The notes under the pieces: generated by a model
Seen by the model: the letters and a program-made list of their open reading frames with translations, nothing else
Told to the model about the DNA's origin: nothing
The model's database searches: none
From: a virus
Lineage: Duplodnaviria > Caudoviricetes
Strand: one strand, 5' to 3'
Virus record (IMG/VR): IMGVR_UViG_3300042465_003011
Span: 1-43,457 of that record
Length of the DNA: 43,457 nt
Shown here: positions 1-9,127 of the stretch, in pieces
Numbering within the stretch: position 1 is the first letter of the stretch
Layout: each line of letters starts with the position of its first letter
Made by a program: the position numbers and the translations under genes

Positions 1-448
1 ATTTACCTTTACCAAACGATGTCTTAGAAGAACGCTCTTTAAAGAGCGGCATCCTTGGATCGTTCTCTCTCATGAACGTGTTATCTACGGCTTCCATGTT
101 GTCTTTTGTGGCCTTGGCGTAATAAGCCTTACGCTGATCCATAAATTCAACAGGGATCTTGCAGAGTAACAGTCCGGCGACCTCAATATTGTCCTTAAAG
201 CGACTATTGGGGTCAGTTAACATCTGGAACTTAGGTTGCTCTTCAATCCGAACAGGTTCCCATCCTTCACGCATCTTAGAAGATGTGTTCTTAGGATCGG
301 CCTGCCCTTGTGAGGCAACACGAATCCAACGATATGCGTAACCCGGCTGTTTATCCGGCTCCGGTAATGCTGAAGCGGGTGCCCAAGCCTTGGGGCGCTC
401 TACGGTGGATCTGCTTTCAAGTTCGCGTGCAACTCTGTTTTCTGCCAT
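1..448 (-). CDS. Conserved phage head-module protein (149 aa; window cuts within the probable stop codon)
   Basis: Not in the ORF track. Read by hand as MAENRVARELESRSTVERPKAWAPASALPEPDKQPGYAYRWIR...SFGKGK, with AGGAG upstream of the ATG at 448. Proteins of this type usually sit between scaffold and major capsid genes. Confidence 0.8.
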   Translation of the reverse strand, partial: MAENRVARELESRSTVERPKAWAPASALPEPDKQPGYAYRWIRVASQGQADPKNTSSKMREGWEPVRIEEQPKFQMLTDPNSRFKDNIEVAGLLLCKIPVEFMDQRKAYYAKATKDNMEAVDNTFMRENDPRMPLFKERSSKTSFGKGK

Positions 449-449
449 T

Positions 450-1430
450 TTAGTTCTCCTGTGTCTTCGCAAATTCCCGGGCATATTGCTCGGGCGTTAA
501 ACCTAACTTCTTCGCAATCATTAACTGCGACTGCTTAAGCACTATCTTTTTGGAGGATGTGCTACGCGAAGCCGGAGCAACTACTGTGGCAGGTCTATCC
601 GTGCGAGTAACGGGTTTGCCGTTTCCGTTAGTCGTTTTTACTTCGTCCCCGAAATTTTCGGGAAATTTGTCACGTATTGTTTTGTCAATACGTTGGTAAT
701 ACTCGTCAGTCGTCGCATACGCCTGACCGTTTTGTGCAACTAGATCCTCGTGTAGTCCTAGTGCCAAACTTGTCATAAGCCTGTCTTTGCCAAACCAAGG
801 ATTCCGCTCTTGCCACGAACTGGCTTTTGGATCCGGTCTAGAGACCTGCTCTTGGGGACTATTTACAGGAATTTCCTGAGTTTGTAAAGGGGGCCTGTAG
901 TTTTTAATCTGCTGGAGTTTGTAGTTAACATTGGACAACTGCTCCTGAGCCTCTACTAACTTATCAGAATCCCCGGCGTCATAAGCCTCTTTATAGGCTC
1001 TTTTAGCCATTTCCATTTCTAATTCGGCTGCGCCTTTGGCCGTGTCTATAAAGGATTTCTCCCCCTCAGTCAGCCTAGATTTCAGGCGCCTATTCTCTTC
1101 AAGGGCGTTTTTGGCAAAGGCCAAAGCCTCTTCCCGCTCCCTTGCAGCCTCATCCTTGGCCCGGCGCTCATCGTGCCAGACCTTTTTCATCTGTCGCAGT
1201 CGCTCCTTGGCTTTGTCAGAATATTCATCTAACTCGTCTGCCTCTAATTCTTCAACAATATTTTTAGGCAGAGGCTTCCTGTTGCGATCTGACTCTGGAG
1301 TATCGTCCTCAATTTCTATATCAATATCGGGTTTACCCTTAGCCTCTACTTCATTTTCTACGGGTTTACCCTTATTAGGAGTAAAACCTTCATCTACATC
1401 TACTTCATATTCGTATTTTTCTTCAGCCAT
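450..1430 (-). CDS. Putative capsid scaffolding protein
   Basis: Acidic N-terminus, long coiled coil, W...NPWF motif and C-terminal AKKLGLTPEQYA; located downstream of the portal gene; AGGAG RBS. Confidence 0.7.
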   Translation of the reverse strand: MAEEKYEYEVDVDEGFTPNKGKPVENEVEAKGKPDIDIEIEDDTPESDRNRKPLPKNIVEELEADELDEYSDKAKERLRQMKKVWHDERRAKDEAAREREEALAFAKNALEENRRLKSRLTEGEKSFIDTAKGAAELEMEMAKRAYKEAYDAGDSDKLVEAQEQLSNVNYKLQQIKNYRPPLQTQEIPVNSPQEQVSRPDPKASSWQERNPWFGKDRLMTSLALGLHEDLVAQNGQAYATTDEYYQRIDKTIRDKFPENFGDEVKTTNGNGKPVTRTDRPATVVAPASRSTSSKKIVLKQSQLMIAKKLGLTPEQYAREFAKTQEN

Positions 1431-1442
1431 TTTGGGGGCTCC

Positions 1443-1844
1443 TTATTTACGTGAAATGCCGCGTGGATCTTCGACTACTCCCTCAACGGAATCGTCGTTG
1501 ATAATTCGAAACTCTCTACCGTGGATCTTTAGCCGTGTGCCTGCGTGGGGGCGCACGAGAATAAAATCCCCTTCCTTACACCACGCTCCTGATGGGAAGC
1601 GTGCTTTGTCCTTATAACAATCTGGCCCCATCTTCACGACAAACAGAACTGTTGTGAGGAGTTCTTCGTGTTGGAGGGTCAGGTCAGACTTAATAATCCC
1701 GCTTTCGTATTGCTCTTCGATGCTAGGAATTCCACACAAAATGCGGTATCCCGAGGGATCTGGTAACTGCTTGGCTTTGCGTTCGTCTGTGTCTGGCAGA
1801 GTACTTACTTCACCTTCTTCCGTTGCGATGGCGAGTTCAGTCAT
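1443..1844 (-). CDS. groES: Co-chaperonin GroES family protein
   Basis: PSGYRIL...ESGII...VVKMGPDCY...WCKEGDFIL...RIINDDSVEGVV matches Cpn10 motifs. Start moved to MTELAIA (ATG 1844), overlapping the upstream stop. Confidence 0.85.
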   Translation of the reverse strand: MTELAIATEEGEVSTLPDTDERKAKQLPDPSGYRILCGIPSIEEQYESGIIKSDLTLQHEELLTTVLFVVKMGPDCYKDKARFPSGAWCKEGDFILVRPHAGTRLKIHGREFRIINDDSVEGVVEDPRGISRK

Positions 1845-2031
1845 CGTCTTTTTCCATCCTTTCTTTCGTTTCAATAAGGATATTGTTTGCGATCAAAAGT
1901 CCACGGTAAATTCCACAAGCATATTGGTACGCTCCAAAATCCTTTGCTTTACCTAAGACTGCGTCCTGCTCGATTACCTTCATTTCCTCTCGTATCTTGT
2001 CCGAAAGATACTTGAGTAAGTCATTACTCAT
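1837..2031 (-). CDS. Small conserved head-module protein
   Basis: 64 aa with Y..ACGIYRGL motif, between portal and GroES; AGGAG RBS. Confidence 0.7.
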   Translation of the reverse strand: MSNDLLKYLSDKIREEMKVIEQDAVLGKAKDFGAYQYACGIYRGLLIANNILIETKERMEKDDD

Positions 2032-2046
2032 TTACTCTCCTTATGG

Positions 2047-4530
2047 TTAGGATTTACTACGAAGCCGGAGAAGTTCTTTGTCCCTCTCCAGTTTGATTCT
2101 CTCGTCATCAGCAGCAGCCCGGGTAAGAATCTCACCCTTTTTGATTTTGAGTTTTTCGTCTTCCGCAGTTGCTTTGACCATCGCTGTAGCCTCGGCAATC
2201 TTTTCTTGAGACTGAATTCTTTGACGTTCAATCTCTTGTTGCTGCGCCTTAAGTTGAGCATCGGTCTTATCTTTGAGCGCTTTTCGCTGAAGATCTTGAC
2301 CTTTAAGTTGAAGTTCCTGCATCTGCATCTGGATGATTGGATCCTGTGCCTGAGCCTGTGCCTGCTGTTGTGCAGCGGCGGCTTGGTTTTGCTGAAGCAG
2401 TTGCTGGGATGCCTGAGCCACCATACGGGATAATGCAAACTCGATATCTTGTGGGATCTCTTTGTCGTCATCAAACGTCGGTATTGGCGCTCCAACCTGT
2501 TGCTCAATTTGATTGCGGTACATATACCCAAAGTGCTCGGCAATATGTGACTGTAGTGCAGCCATCATTTGATTTGCCATTGGGTTTTGACCAATCATCT
2601 GTGCAGTCATTGGATCCTGCATAAAGGATTGGTGGGTCTTAATATGGGCTTCGTGATCCTGATAAGCAAAAGCCTTGAGTGGCTTGCCTTTGAGGACATC
2701 CATATTTTCTGAAACAGGATCGCGTGGTTTTTGATCATCCTGCATCGGAACTAATTTGGCAGCGTTCTTGATTCCTAATACTTCTAACATCTGCCGGTGT
2801 AGGTAAGGTAAGTCATACAACTGCGGCGCCTGTTGGGCTAACTGCATGACCGCTTGATACTGAACTACCTTCTGAGACATTGTGGCCGCATTTGGGTCAC
2901 TGACTGGGATTACCTCTACATCATCATAGTCAGATTGTTTTGCCCGACGCGAACCCTCTTCTGGCTCGTATGAATAATCTTCTGGGGTGTAGTCGCGGAT
3001 GATGTCTCTTAGAAGTTTGAACTCCTGCTTCATCGAGTAGTGAATCCGGGCCTGAACTGCCGACATCACCTTGAGTGTTCTCTCCAGAATTGCCAGCGTA
3101 GTTCCTACTGGCGACTGTGCGCTCATGTCGGATACCTTCAGATCGGCCGCACTAGCAAACCGGCGCCCCTCTTCAACGATCGTACCGAGCAACGTGTACA
3201 ACACCTGACTTGGCTCCTTATACGGGAGCGTCATGATGTTGTCTTTAATCGTGCCAGAGGCTACGTCTACGTCACGGAACTCTGCTGGGGCGATTGGCGT
3301 GTCGTCGCCCTTAACTCTAAGACCTTTGGTTTTGAATCCACCGGGCAGATTTGACAGGGTTCCCGCATCAACAAGTTGACGAATAAGAGAAGTGCCAGAC
3401 TTAGCAAAAGCACCGATAAGGTGGATAAGACCAAAAGCATAAAAACCAAAGCCCGGGATATACGAATAATGTACGAAATGATTTCTCTTTTGTTTAAGTT
3501 CATCATCTGGATGCCAGTTACGACGGATGGCTAAAACGTTTTGGGTACCTTTTTCGATAGTGACAACGTAAGGCAGAGCAATACCCGTTGGCTCCCCATC
3601 CTCGTCTGTGTCCTCGTAGCCGGGAAGATCGAGGTCAACGTGCATCTCGAGTATTTTGTATCGATCGTCGGATGAGGCACGAAAGCCCATCTTCTCAGCG
3701 ATCTTCTTTTCCACCTCGTCGAATGAATCAATCGGATCACCAAGTTCTATGTCACGATAAAAGCCAGCCACCTGCAACTTACGCATTTCGTTTTCTGTCT
3801 TACGCATGACGTGCGTGATGCGCTCACAGGTTTGGATGTTAGATGCTCCATAGGGAACGACGACATCTTCGGCCGGAACGAATAGTGATACCTGACGGTC
3901 TAGACTGGGATCAAAATACACTTTCTTAAACGCATTACCTGCTAGTCCCAAGCCCCACAGCATCCGCTCATGCTCTGGGCGGTACTCCACCATGACTTCG
4001 GTTAACTGATAGTTCATGTCATCTTTGACACGAATGGCAGATTCTTTCTTTGCGGGTGTCTCTTTGCCAATGATCTGGGTTCTGACCGGCCCCGTCGATG
4101 GGAAGGTCTCCATGATGGTCTCAGCCTGAAACTTAACTAATGCTTCTGAAAGCATGGGGTGGTAAACACCACACGCCCCCGGCCAAGGCTCTGTCCGGTC
4201 TTCAATCTTTAATCCGAGCAACTCTAGGCCGTCTACATATGTCTGCATCCAGTCTTTGCGGCTGGATAGATCTTCCTCAAACTCGCCAATTAAGTCACCG
4301 CATAACTGAGTTAACTCATCCTCGTCCATCTCTTCAGCGAGGTTGGCGTTAAAGTCGTCTTCAACTTCTTCTGCCTCAATCTCTAATATTGGCTGTCCAT
4401 CAATACCAATACGCACAGCCTCTGGGTCTTCGATCTCTATCTCAATCCCAGAAAACATATCATCTGGTGGCGGTATTAATTGATCATTCAAACCCATTGG
4501 GGCCTGTCCTAGTGCTTTGTCAATTGCCAT
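2047..4530 (-). CDS. Portal protein
   Basis: 827 aa directly after TerL; TEPWPGACGVYHP, GNAFKKVYFD and DAGTLSNLPGGFK motifs; Q-rich coiled-coil C-terminus as in P22-like portals. Confidence 0.88.
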   Translation of the reverse strand: MAIDKALGQAPMGLNDQLIPPPDDMFSGIEIEIEDPEAVRIGIDGQPILEIEAEEVEDDFNANLAEEMDEDELTQLCGDLIGEFEEDLSSRKDWMQTYVDGLELLGLKIEDRTEPWPGACGVYHPMLSEALVKFQAETIMETFPSTGPVRTQIIGKETPAKKESAIRVKDDMNYQLTEVMVEYRPEHERMLWGLGLAGNAFKKVYFDPSLDRQVSLFVPAEDVVVPYGASNIQTCERITHVMRKTENEMRKLQVAGFYRDIELGDPIDSFDEVEKKIAEKMGFRASSDDRYKILEMHVDLDLPGYEDTDEDGEPTGIALPYVVTIEKGTQNVLAIRRNWHPDDELKQKRNHFVHYSYIPGFGFYAFGLIHLIGAFAKSGTSLIRQLVDAGTLSNLPGGFKTKGLRVKGDDTPIAPAEFRDVDVASGTIKDNIMTLPYKEPSQVLYTLLGTIVEEGRRFASAADLKVSDMSAQSPVGTTLAILERTLKVMSAVQARIHYSMKQEFKLLRDIIRDYTPEDYSYEPEEGSRRAKQSDYDDVEVIPVSDPNAATMSQKVVQYQAVMQLAQQAPQLYDLPYLHRQMLEVLGIKNAAKLVPMQDDQKPRDPVSENMDVLKGKPLKAFAYQDHEAHIKTHQSFMQDPMTAQMIGQNPMANQMMAALQSHIAEHFGYMYRNQIEQQVGAPIPTFDDDKEIPQDIEFALSRMVAQASQQLLQQNQAAAAQQQAQAQAQDPIIQMQMQELQLKGQDLQRKALKDKTDAQLKAQQQEIERQRIQSQEKIAEATAMVKATAEDEKLKIKKGEILTRAAADDERIKLERDKELLRLRSKS

Positions 4531-4539
4531 AATTTGTCC

Positions 4540-6039
4540 TTAGTAATAGCCTTCAAACTTACGTCTAAAGTATTCCGGCTCATCAGGTTCATCTAAATTT
4601 GTACGAATGAATCCGCCCTTGCGGAATCTCATCAACGCAAGAGATACGGTGTCAACATAGTCATCATGCTCGCCAGCAGGGAAAGATGCAACCTCGTCAA
4701 TCACTTCTTCGGCCCAATGGGTGTTCGGTGCCCACACTCTACCACTAGCGAACAGATCTGACACAGCATTCAGTCTGGTAATTTTGTCGTTACCTCTGAC
4801 CGGGGTGAATTCCTGCACCGGCATCCCCATCGCTCTGAGTTCATATATTAGAGGAGCGCCTGATGCTTTCTTCTCGATGATCACACTATCGGGACTCCAC
4901 TCTTTATATTGATCGATCGCCTCTTTTTTAAGTCTTGGAAACTCCATCCGGTCTCTAAAGGCGTTCAATAAAATAATATTGGTCTGATATGTCCCGGTAT
5001 CGTCTGGATGCTCAAAGATTCCCCATAGAGTCATGGCCGAATAGTCAGCACGATTGGTTGCCTCAAAGGCTGTATCCCACGCCATGAGGGTAAAGTCACA
5101 GTGAGGTGGGTCTTCGCCCTCCCAAGTCTGCCACCATTCCCTTTTTATGATGGCTGAAGACTCAGATGTGGGGTTTTGTTGGTACTGAGACTGCCATTTT
5201 GAGTTGGGAAGTTCGGTTTTTAGCGCTTCTAGTTCATTAATCGGCCAGAATTCAGGCCATAGAGGGTTTCCAGAGGGCAAAATTGCTGGAAATTCGATAA
5301 CTTCCCACGATTCTCCGCCCCTTTGGCCTTCAGCCCTTAAGACTTGGCCTGTTAAGTCTCGTTTTCCCCACCGAGTCATAACAACAATGATCGATCCCCC
5401 CGGCTGTAGACGCTGCCGTGGGCCGGATGAGTACCATTCGTAGACCTTATCGTAGATTTCTGGGTTAGTTGCGGCCAGCGCTGCCTCTTGTTCTGAGTGG
5501 GGATCGTCAATAATGAGGAGGTCGGCACCCTTACCAGTCACGGTACCCCCGACACCGATAGCGAAGTATTCGCCGTTTTGATTTGTAGACCATCTTCCGG
5601 CCGCTTTTGAGTCTTGTCTCAGAGATACGTTAGGAAAGACCTTGGCAAAAGTTTCCCCATCCACAAGGTTACGGACTTTCCGGCCAAAGCCAACCGCAAG
5701 TTCGGCTGTATTAGAACACTGGATGATCTTTTTCCCCGGATACTTACCTAGAAACCAAGCAGGCAATAAGTAAGAGGCAAACTCAGATTTAGTGTGCCGG
5801 GGTGGCATATTGATAATCAGCCTTTTAATCTTCCCAGAGGCGATCTCTTCAAACTTCTTAGCCATAACAGCGTGATGTCTTCCATGTATAAACCCCGGCC
5901 ACATGGTCTTTACGAAAGACATAAAGTTAGTTTGCCCTCGCTCTCTCATAACAGCGTCAGAATACTGCTGCGCCATAATAAGTAAGGACTCACGCTCCCC
6001 TTCTGGAAGGGCGTTGATCATATCCATGATCTTATTCAA
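4540..6039 (-). CDS. terL: Terminase large subunit
   Basis: INMPPRHTKS (Walker A), LLIIDDP (Walker B), VMTRW motif, and nuclease motifs WDTA, IEKKASG and HDDYVD. Confidence 0.96.
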   Translation of the reverse strand: MNKIMDMINALPEGERESLLIMAQQYSDAVMRERGQTNFMSFVKTMWPGFIHGRHHAVMAKKFEEIASGKIKRLIINMPPRHTKSEFASYLLPAWFLGKYPGKKIIQCSNTAELAVGFGRKVRNLVDGETFAKVFPNVSLRQDSKAAGRWSTNQNGEYFAIGVGGTVTGKGADLLIIDDPHSEQEAALAATNPEIYDKVYEWYSSGPRQRLQPGGSIIVVMTRWGKRDLTGQVLRAEGQRGGESWEVIEFPAILPSGNPLWPEFWPINELEALKTELPNSKWQSQYQQNPTSESSAIIKREWWQTWEGEDPPHCDFTLMAWDTAFEATNRADYSAMTLWGIFEHPDDTGTYQTNIILLNAFRDRMEFPRLKKEAIDQYKEWSPDSVIIEKKASGAPLIYELRAMGMPVQEFTPVRGNDKITRLNAVSDLFASGRVWAPNTHWAEEVIDEVASFPAGEHDDYVDTVSLALMRFRKGGFIRTNLDEPDEPEYFRRKFEGYY

Positions 6040-6256
6040 TGTTACGCACCTTTAATCCCTTAGGCCGTATAGAGCGCGGCCGCCTCCTCACCCCGTGGCA
6101 GATTCCTAACTCAACCAACTTCCACATCTTTCTCGATACATTCCCCCTAGACTTCTCTCCAGTAAGGAATAGAACATCATCGACAGTGGGGCCGAACCCA
6201 TACTTCCTCCACCACTCATCAATAACCAAAAATATTTCTTTCTGCGCTGGCGTCAT
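6032..6256 (-). CDS. LexA-type winged-HTH DNA-binding protein (no peptidase domain)
   Basis: MTPAQKEIF...GFGPTVDDV...LVELGIC...PRSIR resembles the LexA N-terminal domain. Start set at ATG 6256 after AGGA. Confidence 0.7.
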   Translation of the reverse strand: MTPAQKEIFLVIDEWWRKYGFGPTVDDVLFLTGEKSRGNVSRKMWKLVELGICHGVRRRPRSIRPKGLKVRNIE

Positions 6257-6397
6257 ATTCTTTCCTATATACCCCCCCACCCTTTTTTATTTCAAAAACA
6301 TAAGGGGGGGTTTTCTATATTACTTATCCCCCTAAACCTGCCAAAAAAAACATACCCCCACCCCCCTGTAACAGGCCACTTTTGGACTTTTTTTCTG

Positions 6398-6446
6398 TAA
6401 GTCATTGATTTCATTAGGTTTCTCACTATAACACCTGTTATAGTGA
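6398..6446. repeat. 49-bp element copy 1: IHF-consensus box, 12-bp linker, perfect palindrome TCACTATAACA-CC-TGTTATAGTGA
   Basis: TAAGTCATTGATT (6398-6410) matches the reverse complement of WATCAANNNNTTR; palindrome at 6423-6446; 43/49 identical to the reverse complement of 25630-25678. Confidence 0.9.
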
Positions 6447-6479
6447 CAAGTACCATACAAGTTTGGACAGGCTTAAAAC

Positions 6480-7226
6480 TCACTGCGAAGTCTCTTCTGT
6501 AGATGGGCTGGAAACAACGGGTAGGTGAGCCGATTCAATGTGTGGATTACTATGCATATAGGACTGTGTGTCGCGCGACGCGTCTAGGGGGTCGCCCCCC
6601 GGTGGGGTCGCGGCCTCGGCGTTCTCGATGGCCTCCCCCTCCGATCGGGTATCAATGTTCCCCCCGGAGATTTCCGCCAGTAAATCGTCGGCCGAGTGTG
6701 ACTCAACATCGATCGCGTCTGTCTTTAGCGCAAGCCTGAGCGAGGCCATGAGCCGCTCTCTTATCTGCGATGCATCGACCACCTGAACAACCTCCCGCCG
6801 CTCGGTGAACAGCGCGACCTCGGTGATCTTGCCCAGTAACTCGAGAGCCTTCACCCTCTGCGCTGGGGGAAAATCCTCATTCAGCGCGTGCTTGGTTAGT
6901 TCGTGGATAGTTAACGCCCTCAAATGTGCGGGGGTTGCGTATTTCTGCGCCTCAAACGCCGCCCTAAACGCCTCGACCTGTGCCATTACCGCGCTATTTT
7001 TTGCGAGATCCTGACCGCGCCTCGATGCTGTCTCGGGTTTCGCCTTGGTCTCTCTGCTCTTCCTATACGCTCCCGCCTTGGTTTCACCCAATGCGATTTG
7101 ACGGGCGAATTCCCTCTGTTTCGCTGTTAGACGCTTCTCTCCCTTGCTGGCCGCTCCTAGTATTACGCTCTCGATCGGGACTGCTTCGAGGCCTTCTCTT
7201 ATTTCTTTACGGGTTAACTTTTTCAT
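6480..7226 (-). CDS. terS: Terminase small subunit
   Basis: LTAKQREFARQIALG...AGAYR N-terminal HTH and RVKALELLGK...LFTER motif; upstream of TerL. Confidence 0.8.
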   Translation of the reverse strand: MKKLTRKEIREGLEAVPIESVILGAASKGEKRLTAKQREFARQIALGETKAGAYRKSRETKAKPETASRRGQDLAKNSAVMAQVEAFRAAFEAQKYATPAHLRALTIHELTKHALNEDFPPAQRVKALELLGKITEVALFTERREVVQVVDASQIRERLMASLRLALKTDAIDVESHSADDLLAEISGGNIDTRSEGEAIENAEAATPPGGDPLDASRDTQSYMHSNPHIESAHLPVVSSPSTEETSQ

Positions 7227-7389
7227 GGGTACATTCCGAGGATTTCAATGCCGCGATTCTATCGCCTGTATTAGGAACAATGCAACCTGATCGCCTTCGG
7301 CTAGAACCCGGCCGCCGACCCCGGCATTCGCTGGTCAAATAATAACCACTCATTTTTTGTCGGGTATTAAAAAAAGTTATCAAACCCCC

Positions 7390-7419
7390 TTGACAGTCAA
7401 TAACCACGCCCTTCAGACT
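7390..7419 (+). promoter_or_regulatory. Putative sigma-70 early promoter
   Basis: TTGACA (7390-7395), 18 bp, CAGACT (7414-7419), upstream of the first early ORF. The -35 lies within the palindrome TTGAC-A-GTCAA. Confidence 0.6.
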
Positions 7420-7466
7420 CTCACCTGTGGAGATACTTCCACGACCACCTGCTAGGAGATAACACC

Positions 7467-7682
7467 ATGACAACCGAAAAAGATTTTTGGGAAGAGGAAA
7501 AAAGAATTAACGCTTTAGATTTTTCTCTCTTTGCCGATCCTTGCGCCGCCTTAGACGCCGCACAGCCTTTCGAGGGTGAATCCAACTATTGGGAACTCGC
7601 CCTTTATATTCTGCGCGACCATGCCGCCTTTCGAATTCTTGAGGCTGGACTAAAGCCCGAAGATTTCGGAATCGATTATTAA
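7467..7682 (+). CDS. Hypothetical acidic early protein
   Basis: 71-aa ORF with RBS GCTAGGAGAT. Confidence 0.7.
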   Translation: MTTEKDFWEEEKRINALDFSLFADPCAALDAAQPFEGESNYWELALYILRDHAAFRILEAGLKPEDFGIDY

Positions 7683-7701
7683 ACCCCGAGGAGATCAAAC
7701 C

Positions 7702-7929
7702 ATGACCACCACAGCAAAACTAGACCTTCAGACCCGCCGGGTAACCCTTGAGATCGACGAGGCAGAACTCGACGCCCTGCTCCAATGCGCCGAGATCGGT
7801 ATCCGGGAATTCTATTCAGACCGAATCGCCAAGGCACCGAACGATCGGCAAAAGGATACCTTCTCCAGGCTAGAGCAGAACGCCCTCGCTAACCTGGCGC
7901 AACTCACCGAAACCATCGCCAACGCCTAA
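7702..7929 (+). CDS. Hypothetical early protein
   Basis: 75-aa ORF with RBS GAGGAGATCA. Confidence 0.7.
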   Translation: MTTTAKLDLQTRRVTLEIDEAELDALLQCAEIGIREFYSDRIAKAPNDRQKDTFSRLEQNALANLAQLTETIANA

Positions 7930-7935
7930 CCAACC

Positions 7936-7953
7936 GCCCGGAGAAATCCGGGC
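7936..7953 (+). other. Intergenic GNRA-capped hairpin GCCCGGA-GAAA-TCCGGGC
   Basis: Perfect 7-bp stem with no U-tract; a possible stability, processing or antitermination element. Confidence 0.5.
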
Positions 7954-7967
7954 AGAAAGAACCCACC

Positions 7968-8213
7968 ATGCAAACAACGACCTACACCCTGCCCGCGCAT
8001 TGGGCTTGCGCTCTGATCAATGCCGACTGTTCGGGAATGGACGACGACGAAATTGCCGCCATGAATGACTGGCTTTCAGCCTACCGCCCCGGATCCTGCG
8101 TTGACTGCTCAGAAGACCCGGAATTCTGCCATTCGCACGACGCCGACGGCTACGCGCTCGCCGGGGACTGCCTGACCTTTACCTTTACCAACTACGAGGA
8201 GATTGAACAATGA
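7968..8213 (+). CDS. Acidic Cys-containing early protein
   Basis: LPAHWACALINADCSGMDDDE motif of a type seen in phage and plasmid leading regions. Confidence 0.7.
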   Translation: MQTTTYTLPAHWACALINADCSGMDDDEIAAMNDWLSAYRPGSCVDCSEDPEFCHSHDADGYALAGDCLTFTFTNYEEIEQ

Positions 8214-8398
8214 CCTACGCTATCCGCAACCATAACGGCCGACTTCTCGGCTACCACTCGACCAAACGCGCCGCCGAGCAAGAGGCGCGGTTTTACCGCA
8301 GTCAGACCGGGAACCCTGCCTATATCGAAAAGGAACCCACCCGACCGGCCACGATCATCGACCGCCAACTTACCCGCCTATTCAAGGTGAACAAATGA
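8210..8398 (+). CDS. Hypothetical early protein
   Basis: ATGA overlap with the previous stop; RBS GAGGAGATTG. Confidence 0.7.
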   Translation: MTYAIRNHNGRLLGYHSTKRAAEQEARFYRSQTGNPAYIEKEPTRPATIIDRQLTRLFKVNK

Positions 8399-8586
8399 AA
8401 ATCACAATAGAACGCCGCGACCAATACGGCGCGCCCGTATACCACCCGATCGACGACGCCGCCAAGGCATTCGCCCGGATCGCCCGGACGAAAACCCTCA
8501 CCCCGGACGCGCTCGCCTTGATTCGTGCCCTCGGGTATCAAATCGAAGTTAAACACCCCGCCACCGCTTGGGAGGCCACACTATGA
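8395..8586 (+). CDS. Hypothetical early protein
   Basis: YG..VYHP...FARIARTKTLT...LGYQIEV; ATGA coupling. Confidence 0.7.
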   Translation: MKITIERRDQYGAPVYHPIDDAAKAFARIARTKTLTPDALALIRALGYQIEVKHPATAWEATL

Positions 8587-8747
8587 CCTCAGACGCACTA
8601 ATGACCGCCCTCATCGCCGCCAAATTTTTTGTTGGACTGGCCGCGATTCTGCTGGGCATTCACACAGACGAACCCGGGACGATAATTTTCGGGGTCGGCC
8701 ACGCCTTTATTCTCGCCCCCCTATGGGCTTACTACCTGAAGGATTAG
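8583..8747 (+). CDS. Small two-TM membrane protein (54 aa)
   Basis: Not in the track. MTSDALMTALIAAKFFVGLAAILLGIHTDEPGTIIFGVGHAFILAPLWAYYLKD; GGAGG RBS and ATGA overlap. Confidence 0.65.
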   Translation: MTSDALMTALIAAKFFVGLAAILLGIHTDEPGTIIFGVGHAFILAPLWAYYLKD

Positions 8748-8750
8748 AAC

Positions 8751-8945
8751 ATGAGCATATACACCGAAGAAGGCTATGAAAGCCGCCGCGCATACCTCGA
8801 CAGTCTCGCCGATGATTTTGGCCTCGATCGCGATGCAGTCTACGCCCTCGCCGGAATCCTCGGAGCCTCTGAGGATTTCGACGGCCTTGTGACCGCTTGC
8901 GAGGACGCCGCCGACGAACTGGCCGCCCGGGAGATGGACGAATGA
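8751..8945 (+). CDS. Small acidic early protein
   Basis: YTEEGYESRRAYLDSLADDFG...LG.SEDFDGLV; fills the operon with coupled stop/start. Confidence 0.75.
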   Translation: MSIYTEEGYESRRAYLDSLADDFGLDRDAVYALAGILGASEDFDGLVTACEDAADELAAREMDE

Positions 8946-9127
8946 CGCCGAGCCAACTACACCGAGCCGCGCTCGAGATGCAATCAGGCCGACACGGGCA
9001 ATTCTGCGCCGCGATCGCCGACGCCTTTTTTTTAGCAGACCCAACCAACCGGGAGAAATTACTGGCCGCTTTCGGCGATCTGTTCGCCCGGGTTCACCAA
9101 TTCACCCACCGACTGGAGATAGTCTAA
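8942..9127 (+). CDS. Hypothetical early protein
   Basis: Start at ATG 8942 (MTPSQLH...HGQFCAAIADAFFLADPTNREKL); ATGA overlap. Confidence 0.7.
   Translation: MTPSQLHRAALEMQSGRHGQFCAAIADAFFLADPTNREKLLAAFGDLFARVHQFTHRLEIV

Noticed and set aside
159-6335. Plus-strand ORFs opposite the head and terminase genes (e.g. 1036-1617, 1654-1956, 3040-3354)
   Set aside because: Antisense shadows of well-supported minus-strand genes, with Ser/Leu-rich low-information translations and no RBS.
6423-6446. Palindrome as a dif/Xer site, canonical parS or protelomerase site
   Set aside because: The spacer is 2 bp rather than 6, there is no match to XerD TTATGTTAAAT or parS TGTTTCACGTGAAACA, it is much shorter than N15 telRL, and no protelomerase gene is present.
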